DNA of 64,000 nucleotides from Neodothiora populina. Taxonomy: Eukaryota. Below are positions 57,001 to 64,000 of the stretch, in pieces. The notes beneath the pieces are model-generated. The model was not told the origin of the DNA and searched no databases. It saw nothing but the letters and a program-made list of their open reading frames with translations. Position 1 is the stretch's first letter. Each line of letters begins with the position of its first letter. A program made the translations under genes and the position numbers. The stretch lies in the NCBI RefSeq assembly GCF_041146345.1, contig NW_027191411.1, forward strand, positions 1,178,001-1,242,000, read 5' to 3'.

Positions 57001-58465
57001 GCAGCGAGACCGCGACGAGGTCTCACGACTGGCTTCTGAGAGAAGAGACCATGGCGTCCCTCAGCAAAGATGGACAGAAACTTACAAGCAGACTCAAGTG
57101 GAAGAAGGATGGCTTGGTGGTCCTCGGAAGCTGATTGGTACCGAGCAAATTGTTCATGGTGCAGATGCTCCTACAAGTAGCCACTCTATGATCAGTCCTG
57201 CACCACCGGTGTCGCAAACATCGATTTCCCATCAGATTGCCAGCCCTGGCGCATCTATGGGTGAGCAACGACAGGTTCCTGGACAGAGCACGGTTCGTTT
57301 ACCAACTGGACCATCGAGCTTAACTCGCGCTTTCGGCAGCCCGGTAGCTGCACCCGGGGCCGCAGGTAGAGTTACACCTCTCGGAGCGTATGCCAGCGGC
57401 GTGCAATCTCTATCTCCACCTCCAATGACTCCTACCTCGACTCCTCAACAATCGCGCTTCTTCCCGTCTGCTCTCTACGGCGGCTCGCCTCCACCAGAGG
57501 AGGCGGATCACCCTGCATGTGGTGGAGATACAAGGCATCCGCATGTGAGACTGCCATCAGCAAAGCCCAAAGTCAAGCTCCCACCAGCTCCCTCCCCTCA
57601 AGCTAAATCCGCGACCGCACAACTGCCCCAGCGCAACGCCTCTTACAGGGTTGGGGCGCAGCCACTGGTTGCCAGTCAAGATTGGCAGGCACGCTTCAAT
57701 GGTCTTTTCGGACGGGCTCAGGTCACCGCTATGACCCCGCCGTCTCCTCCTAGAACACCACCGAGACCCCAAGCGCTACCTCCAGCTGTCGCGCCGGCGT
57801 CCAAGGCTGCCGTAGAGCTGTTCGATTCGACCCGTGTCGCGACTACCGTATCCCTCCCTCGTACGAAGCCTCTGAGATTCGAAGCCGTGTCGAAGCCTGG
57901 TGTCGATGACATCTTCGATGGAGAGCTCAGCTTCGGCTCGACCCCTCGGGTCTTTCTTCCCAGAGCTGTGCGCACCGTTTCGTACCAGATCGGGACCACC
58001 TCCCCTAGGACTGATACAAGGTTCAGCAAACGCATTGAGGCTCGTTCAAGGGCGGGCCTTCCCGCGCTTCTAGTGGAGAACGCCAAGCCTGAGATTGTAA
58101 GATTGAAGTTGCCTCAAGCATGGGCCATCGCAAAGGAAATACCTGTACCATCAAGGGCTGCAAGCTCAAACGAAGATTCTTCGAGGAAAGGACCGAGTCG
58201 ACCCAACAGGAATCAACATGCTGCGCCGGCGGCTTCGCCGAGCGGCCCGTCCGATCCCATGAAGAAACCCTCTGCACCTAGGCTCACAGGTAGCAGAAAG
58301 ACTAGCCTACAGAAGCCTGCTTCGACACCCGAAACGCAAGGCAAGCCTTCTCCCAAAATGAGCGGTCAAGTCGCTGAAGGCGAAGAGAATGCTCGGAAGC
58401 GTGGCAGCCTGCCAAAGCAGGCAAAAGGGCGTGGCAGAGGCGCTCCATTCAAGTTTCGAGCTTAG
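54098..58465 (+). CDS. Large intrinsically disordered conserved fungal protein (about 1455 aa), PRRC2/MOS1-like architecture
   Basis: Long ORF with islands FKPVSVTKTFL, VWNKNQ..FTDEELKQQYGIHLASRL, KWADEDDDEEDWAPETVEW, ELFNSHSGRYEPV, a central charged coiled coil, and QDWQARFNGLFG. Start tentative. Confidence 0.85.
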   Translation: MADQTTHHVVNSDRSTGEQSSVDAHANQSSSDAAPAGDHPIAKSTASASASSSTPLSQASSTHPSASSHVASMDKSTPDADSASTNPEQRPVSLPQLAVNGSHDASHSHDDASAGSDTDTSRARSVDQSKEDTSHPRSTSVKKPASFKPVSVTKTFLAKTAGATSVSEPPPRITLAAKSPVAATVQPVAKPRLVAKSGSAMRDLPRLRSGDGAAAPDGRTVWNKNQPVPPPPPKQFTDEELKQQYGIHLASRLQEDEQDGKSKWADEDDDEEDWAPETVEWMDGTKSTVHAAEQQAAEQAQAAQAAQAAHAAQETQGPRAPQAAQGAHSAQDTQSAQPMQSTTPAVEDSSSQARPTLTALKRTALSSSTTKTILRPGAAQQHARQNGTGPQGAGDKHSLVPKSVTAAPVKSPWAPLPPVDKAPPVIINPPSVSQQPQHSSRFGHRDPHGFDSFDNNNNNAHSHMTEPAHEIAADTFDRSTWRDGQRAHRELFNSHSGRYEPVPENRRPSRQHDSVRQPALLQRSSHHTGAQPAEPSAAFQTRHSSQADSSFQSRRRTSSLSGGSAFIRDHRPSDARQLEHRPTFDESADDHAVEHDVDASGTAPDKPSGLAITRPEEQAPPVSLEEEIARQQQVLRESREAAKRRKQEEWEREEAEKKERIRKRLEALAAASAPAQSEQQDSTADQPKPAVQEAKQLEVVEPPVVEAAQIEAQPSRIESQASPLRSSPKKQRLAESSPTPFTQAPTPFARAAPKAPVFEEPQLPGLKQHSPQMSTRTPYQRQPSTQAPAASIPTSTFSSPGDHQAQPLRGMPAMSNLTNPSDSFPIWSSPNIASHTAPGSNVWGPPTNNRHIGNGTFDTGYSRMPSGQLQQHQNAPFSSTPTFGRQYAPRISPQGFGDQRMGPNANIDSRVSETVESPKFNGTSPLPETARPAYQPAPIAPPQKAASRSQNQQPRDTSAWTNFAMQAQQRDRDEVSRLASERRDHGVPQQRWTETYKQTQVEEGWLGGPRKLIGTEQIVHGADAPTSSHSMISPAPPVSQTSISHQIASPGASMGEQRQVPGQSTVRLPTGPSSLTRAFGSPVAAPGAAGRVTPLGAYASGVQSLSPPPMTPTSTPQQSRFFPSALYGGSPPPEEADHPACGGDTRHPHVRLPSAKPKVKLPPAPSPQAKSATAQLPQRNASYRVGAQPLVASQDWQARFNGLFGRAQVTAMTPPSPPRTPPRPQALPPAVAPASKAAVELFDSTRVATTVSLPRTKPLRFEAVSKPGVDDIFDGELSFGSTPRVFLPRAVRTVSYQIGTTSPRTDTRFSKRIEARSRAGLPALLVENAKPEIVRLKLPQAWAIAKEIPVPSRAASSNEDSSRKGPSRPNRNQHAAPAASPSGPSDPMKKPSAPRLTGSRKTSLQKPASTPETQGKPSPKMSGQVAEGEENARKRGSLPKQAKGRGRGAPFKFRA

Positions 58466-59037
58466 AGTGCTTTAAGCATCAAAGTACAGATAGGAATACA
58501 CACAGAGGGTGGCTGCCCCTTCTTATATTCGACGTCACACCTACCTTCACGGCGTCCTCCTCGTACTACAGCCTTTCGATATACAAGGCGGTTGCCCTCA
58601 GACTCATGTGTGACATGGTGTCAGATTTATTAGCTTCTCATCCACAGGCTGGCAGGCACCGGCGTTCTCGAGGCCTTGAGGTTTGCAAGGGATGAGTCGG
58701 TCCGTCCATCTCTCATCTCTCCCTCGGCCTTGGGTTGAAACAGCAGTTCTTTTCCATATTTATCAAACACACGTCGCATTGTCGAACGACATTGAGTTTG
58801 AACTTTCTCCCCATCTTGTTTTCGATCGAGGTATACACCGCGGTGAGGTGGTGCAAAGCAAGTAGTAAAATAATGTAAATAGTGGGAATTATCGAGAAGA
58901 TTATCTGAAAAGGAATATTCGTTCGTGCAAAAACGGCATGATCTGGGTATTTGTGTTTTTGTTCATCCGTCCATCGAACCTGGCACAAGGTGCAATGAGT
59001 AAGAAAACAATACATTCTGCTCCGGTCTAACCCTTCT

Positions 59038-60655
59038 CTAATCCTCTCTCTTGTTGCTCATGACACGCTCGACGGGGGTGTGACCACCCTCAGACGACTG
59101 CGACGCAGCATGCGTTCCATGAACGACGTACTGCTCGGTGTTCGCATTGGCATCGAGATCGCCACCATGTCTCATATGCTCCCACTCACCGATCTGCTCA
59201 TCGAAGAACTGATCGAAATCCAGACCCTTCTCCTCGGCCTCGGCGCTGACCCTCAAGTGCATGTAGGGGATGTATTTCAGCGCGAAAAGCAAGATACAGC
59301 TGACGACAAACGAGTAAGCCGAGATGGCGGTGATTTCAGCGAATTGCTTGCCGACTTGCATGCCGTCGCCGTTGAGGCCTCCGGTGTAAGCGGACACGCC
59401 GTCGAGGGCCGACACGGCCGAGTTGGCGAAGATACCGGTCAGGAACGAGCCCATCATGCCACCGATGCCGTGCAGCTTAAAGACATACAGGCCCTCGTCG
59501 ATGCGCAGCCACTCGTTGATGTCTTGACACAAGGCACACACGACGGCGGTGATGAAGCCGATGACGGCGGCGAGCCAGACGCTGACGAAGCCCGCGGCGG
59601 GAGTGATGCCTACGAGACCGGCGATGGCGCCCTCGCAGGCGCCGACGACGGAGAAGCGGCCCTTGTGTCTGATCATGTCGACGATGACCCAGCCGATGGC
59701 GCCCGTCGATGCGGCCGTATTGGTGTTGAAGGCGGCGTACATTGAGCGGATGGATCCGTTGAGCGTCGAGCCGCCGTTGAAGCCGAACCAGCCGAACCAG
59801 ATGAAGCAGGTTCCCAGGAAGACGAGAGTCGTGTTGTGGGGCTTGTCGTGGGTGTGGGGGTGCTCGCCTTTCTTCATGCGCTTGCCGAGGACGAGGGCGT
59901 AGGCGAGGGCAGCCCAGCCGGAGGCAATGTGCACGGGGCCACCGCCGGCATAGTCGAGAGAGGGGAGGTTGTACAACCAGCCATTAGCGTTCCATGTCCA
60001 GCAGGCGATGGGGCAGTAGACGATGGTGCACCAGCAGAAGCCGAAGACGAGAGAGGGAATGATACGGCCACGCTCGAAAGAGCCACCGATGACGATCTGC
60101 ACGGTGCAAGCAGCGAAGAGAAGCTCGTAGAGACAGAAGACGATCTCAGGGAGGAAAGGGGAGCCGGGAGAAGGAGCGGCGGCAACGTTCTTCATGCCGA
60201 AGTTCTTGAGGTCACCGATGAAGGAGTTGGCAGTGCGGGAGAACGCCAGAGAGTAACCCCAGAACATCCATTGGAAGGTGGTGCTGGAAAGTAAATCAGT
60301 CAAGGGATTGATATTAGTGGGAGGGTGAGGTATCAGGGCAACATACACAGCGAGAACCATCAGACTCTGGAACAGTAGCGAGAGACCACTCTTGCGTCGG
60401 GCCAGACCGCCATATAGAAGACCGATACCAGGGATGATCAACCACACGAGGAATGTGCAGACGATGAGATAGATGTAGTGGAACTCATAGCCAGTATACT
60501 GTGCATTGACATCGACCTCAAGGGGGTTTCCTCCCTTGGGTTCGGACGAGTTAAACTCGGGCTGAGGGGGGGGAATTATGGTCAGAACCAAGAGCAGGGT
60601 GCTATAGCGGTCAGATCTAGTTACTCACTGCAGGGTAGAGGCTCAGAGTCGACAT
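59038..60655 (-). CDS. MEP: Ammonium transporter (Amt/Mep); exons 60655-60629, 60561-60347, 60283-59038
   Basis: FQWMFWGYSL, DYAGGGPVH, WFGWFGFNGGS, AGLVGITPAAG, LHGIGG (both pore His present). The first exon MSTLSLYPA supplies the ATG missing from the ORF track. Confidence 0.95.
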
Positions 60656-60769
60656 TGTGGCAAAAGTAGCTACGCTACTGCTGCAGTCGCTTGATTATAG
60701 AAACGAAAGAATATAGAATGGAACGACCACCTACCAGGTCGGGCGAAAGTGATGAGAGGTGCGTGTTTA

Positions 60770-61110
60770 TATCTACAGTCACTGCTTCGCCTAACTCATC
60801 AATACCGCCCCGTTACCGGGCATGTTTACTACATTTCTCGCGCCCAGAATCTCCTATCAATATCGAAAAGACCTGATATTGGACTCAAATGTCGGCTTGG
60901 CGAGATAAGAGGTCATGTTTTGCCCGGAATATATATCTGGGGTGAGTCAAGTTCGATATTCAACCTTACCTAGAAGGACTAGATCATACCCGGATATCTT
61001 GGCTGTACCAGGAAAAGCATACACCGTTGATCCTTCGGTCAGCAAAAAACCACGTGCGGCAAGTCAGTAGTCGGGAACAATGAAAGCCCAATGGTCAACT
61101 AGCCTTATCG
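60770..61110 (-). promoter_or_regulatory. GATA-rich upstream region of the ammonium transporter, plus a TGAGTCA element
   Basis: Repeated GATA/TATC (e.g. 60855, 60861, 60904, 60993, 61106) and TGAGTCA at 60943-60949. Confidence 0.45.
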
Positions 61111-61965
61111 CAAAGCGATGGATGCGGCTAGTTTTGACGCCACACGTTGGATGTTTATCTATGGCTTTACTCATTTGTCTTGCTCATAAATAAAAGGGCG
61201 ATGAGCCCTGGCTAGCGGGCGACCTCGCTTACTTGCCCTCCTCATACTGTTTGTTTGTACGCCGAACGAGTAGAAGAGGAGAAGGTGTGAAAGCGACAGG
61301 CGCCCAGCGGCGAGAAGGACATTAGATGCATTTAACCATGAAGTCTGGCCAAGCACTGGAGTAGATCCCACTGCCAAGACCTGCTCGTGCGACCACACCC
61401 GAGTCGCCGAAAGGCACGTCAAAGCATGTGGCCAGTCCCCAGAGGCGACGATCACATGTGGATAGCTTTTCCTCGACCTCTTCCAAGGTTTGACACATGG
61501 ACGACTGCTTGAATTTATATAGTTCACTTGACATGCAGTCATCTCGGTCCATCGAGGCTTGTTCCCCTCGTGGAGTGAAGTACTCATGCACGATTGCGTC
61601 CAGCATGGGTCAACTGCAAGGTACTGCCATAATCCCGTTGTAGGTGGCTGGTACTTCAGCAAGTGAAACAGTAATCCCCCCTGCCGCGGAAGAAAAAAGA
61701 GAGCTAAGAAAAGGGTCTGTCCCTACGTACGGAGGTACACCCGGGAACTGCGAAAGTCCGACTTCACACTGCGTCACTATGTCCTCCACTGCCATCTGCG
61801 TCAAGTACCAAGTGTAAGATTCACAGATCACACAATTTGTTCCTAATTTTCAGTCTACTCTCAGTTGCTTATCCTTATCACCTCAAATCCCGGGCTGGTT
61901 TTTATTTCCTCTATGTTGCGCAGTGTTCGGGCTTCCTATCACGCACACGACTGACCTTGCAGGAA

Positions 61966-63849
61966 ATGCTTACTGCTGTACGACTACTGAACTTTTTGCT
62001 CATAGTCACTGCAGTCGCACAAAAGAAAAGCCCATCATGTCGTGTTTCGGATCGAGACATACAAATCAATGATGCGAGAGTGGTCGTCGCGCGAGATGAG
62101 GCATTGACAGGCACAGCCTCTTATGTTTCGAATGGATCAGAATCAACATCGGGTGTAGATCCTGCGAGCAGTACGGCTTCTAGTCAGAATGGCGCGGTTT
62201 CTTCGATTTCTGTGAATGGAACCATCAATTCTCATGCTCTGTCATGCTATTCGGCACGAAAAACATGGCGCAGCTCTTCTCTCGAATGGCAGTCGACGGC
62301 CATCGGCGACAAGAGCTTTTCGACGACAGTGACTTCTACAACGATGCAATTCGCCACCACTACGACGGCCACAATATATCCATTAAGCGTGTCGACGTAC
62401 AAGCTATGCGACGGAAGTCCCCGGGTAGACGTTATCCCGATCACTATTACTTCGTCGTTCAACTGGACGTCGAGTTTCTACACCACTCTGACTCCCGCAC
62501 TCCCTACTTTCAGCCCGCCACCATGTACCATGAATCCGACGGATTGCATGTATCTATATTACAACACTAGTTTGACGCCTGATGACATTACACTCCTTGG
62601 CGCCTGTGGCTCCCCTGCACATCTATATCGACCATGTCTCATCGGAGGAGGGCCCGTCAAACTCGCCTATTTTCCAGTAACCGAGGTCGATGGTGACCTA
62701 TGTGGAACTCGTGGCCGAACACTCACTCCCACGAATGGTCCCACTACGCTCAAAGCGTTAGGGACGACACTGACGACGGGATCTGTCTACCTTTCTTTCG
62801 AGACACTTTTTGCATATCAAGACGGCTTTGGAATGCGCATTGGACCTACTTTCACTAATTTTATTATGCCCCTACCATCAGATGCCATTTCCACCCAATG
62901 CGGCGGGTGGTTCTCCGCGAGAGGTACAGGCACAGCAGTCAATTGGGCCGACTTCAATTATCCCGTTCCCGCCAGTGCTTATTCTTGCGCGAATCGCTGC
63001 ACGTCCGAACTTACGCTCACCAATATGAATGGCACTGGATTCCCTTTCACGCCACCGGCAGAATGCGAGACGATCTGGGGCGATTTTAACCCTGCTCTCG
63101 CCGTTCCAACACAGGTCCGTAATATGGTACTTGAATGGGCGACGTGTTCATTCTGGGACGACGTCCTTCCTAATTTTCTTTTCGACCCGCCAATGGCTCT
63201 GCGTCCTGCAGACACTGCTGCGACAGCTACTCTGCCTGGCTCAGAGCCTTCCGGAACCACCACATCCGCATCCCCTGCTCGGACAAGTCAAATATCGCCC
63301 TCGGCGACCACGTCCGCAGACACAAGTCAAGTGTCTGTAAGGCCTGTCAACACACTTTCCACACACGCTCTCGCAATCACGTTCACTGCAGCAGGCGCTT
63401 TGTTTACTGCCTCTGCGGCAGTCGGCGCCGCAGCACACAACGCGTTTGTCATCGACGGTGCTACTGTCCAAGTCGGTGGGGAGCCACAAGTCGTGGACGG
63501 CCACACCATAAGCGCGGCCCTGAATGATTTCATCGTCGACGGCAGCAGTGCAGTCACTTTCTACTCGCCTCCTGTTGACCCAAGCACGACTACGCGTTCA
63601 GTGAACGACGGATCGAGTAGTGGTGCATCGCGCAGCGGTGGATCTTCTTCTCCACCGACTGTGATTAGCACAACAAGCTCGAGACCAGTCATAGACACAG
63701 CAGGCCCCGCAACAATGCAATCCTCGTCAACAACGACAACGACAACGAAAAGCAAAGCCGCAACGACAGCACCAACCTTCATACGCGGCATATCTTTCAT
63801 CTACTGGACAATCATTCTAGCAGTCGCTCTGACGATCAAGTCGTTGTGA
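61966..63849 (+). CDS. Secreted Cys-rich, Ser/Thr-rich cell-wall protein, probably GPI-anchored
   Basis: Signal MLTAVRLLNFLLIVTAVA, Cys-containing domain (VKLAYFP, SVYLSF, NWADFNYPVPASAYSC, P.LAVP..V....W..C, FDPP.AL), S/T-rich stalk and hydrophobic C-terminus. A CTGAC..CAG acceptor just before the ATG suggests a 5' intron. Confidence 0.85.
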   Translation: MLTAVRLLNFLLIVTAVAQKKSPSCRVSDRDIQINDARVVVARDEALTGTASYVSNGSESTSGVDPASSTASSQNGAVSSISVNGTINSHALSCYSARKTWRSSSLEWQSTAIGDKSFSTTVTSTTMQFATTTTATIYPLSVSTYKLCDGSPRVDVIPITITSSFNWTSSFYTTLTPALPTFSPPPCTMNPTDCMYLYYNTSLTPDDITLLGACGSPAHLYRPCLIGGGPVKLAYFPVTEVDGDLCGTRGRTLTPTNGPTTLKALGTTLTTGSVYLSFETLFAYQDGFGMRIGPTFTNFIMPLPSDAISTQCGGWFSARGTGTAVNWADFNYPVPASAYSCANRCTSELTLTNMNGTGFPFTPPAECETIWGDFNPALAVPTQVRNMVLEWATCSFWDDVLPNFLFDPPMALRPADTAATATLPGSEPSGTTTSASPARTSQISPSATTSADTSQVSVRPVNTLSTHALAITFTAAGALFTASAAVGAAAHNAFVIDGATVQVGGEPQVVDGHTISAALNDFIVDGSSAVTFYSPPVDPSTTTRSVNDGSSSGASRSGGSSSPPTVISTTSSRPVIDTAGPATMQSSSTTTTTTKSKAATTAPTFIRGISFIYWTIILAVALTIKSL

Positions 63850-64000
63850 CAAGCTGGCTTTGTCACATGAAAATACTCTTGTACGTCAAACACTATAATT
63901 CCATTCATTGGGCAAGGAGTTTTGTTTTTCTGCGGGGATGCGAACGGAGCATTTAGCAGATACATGGGGCTAAAATGGGTTTGGTTATCTGATGCATCTA

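Noticed and set aside
59080..60294. Long plus-strand ORFs opposite the ammonium transporter (likewise opposite the permease, PPG1 and the oxidoreductase)
   Set aside because: Antisense shadows from GC3-rich codon usage.
1..64000. CRISPR arrays, rRNA, tRNA, secondary-metabolite cluster, Starship captain
   Set aside because: No repeat-spacer array, rRNA/tRNA structure, PKS/NRPS or tyrosine recombinase was recognised by eye.

Overview
Intron-containing nuclear DNA from a filamentous ascomycete (GT..AG introns with CTRAC/CTRAY branch sites). It is a mostly ordinary gene-dense region with about 20 protein-coding genes, and I rebuilt exon structures by hand where the ORF track splits them. Recognisable genes: an SDR, MCR1, a bZIP factor, an NADP-dependent oxidoreductase ending in SKL, a homocysteine S-methyltransferase, a BNI4-like PP1 regulator, ALO1, an amino-acid/choline permease, PPG1, a GNAT, NDUFS4 and ATP17 head-to-head, an ammonium transporter, and a GPI/cell-wall protein. 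The best signals hidden from the ORF track are: (1) a box C/D snoRNA (snR41/SNORD62-type, 18S Am541 guide) inside an intron of an apparently non-coding host at about 3.0-3.2 kb; (2) an intronless homocysteine methyltransferase closely resembling bacterial MmuM, a horizontal-transfer candidate; (3) a probable coilin orthologue with a recent 153-bp internal duplication; (4) a PRRC2/MOS1-like large disordered protein; (5) a three-exon Alt a 1-like secreted protein; (6) a decayed LINE 3' end at the left edge. I found no convincing novel multi-gene system. Homology calls come from recalled motifs, not database searches.
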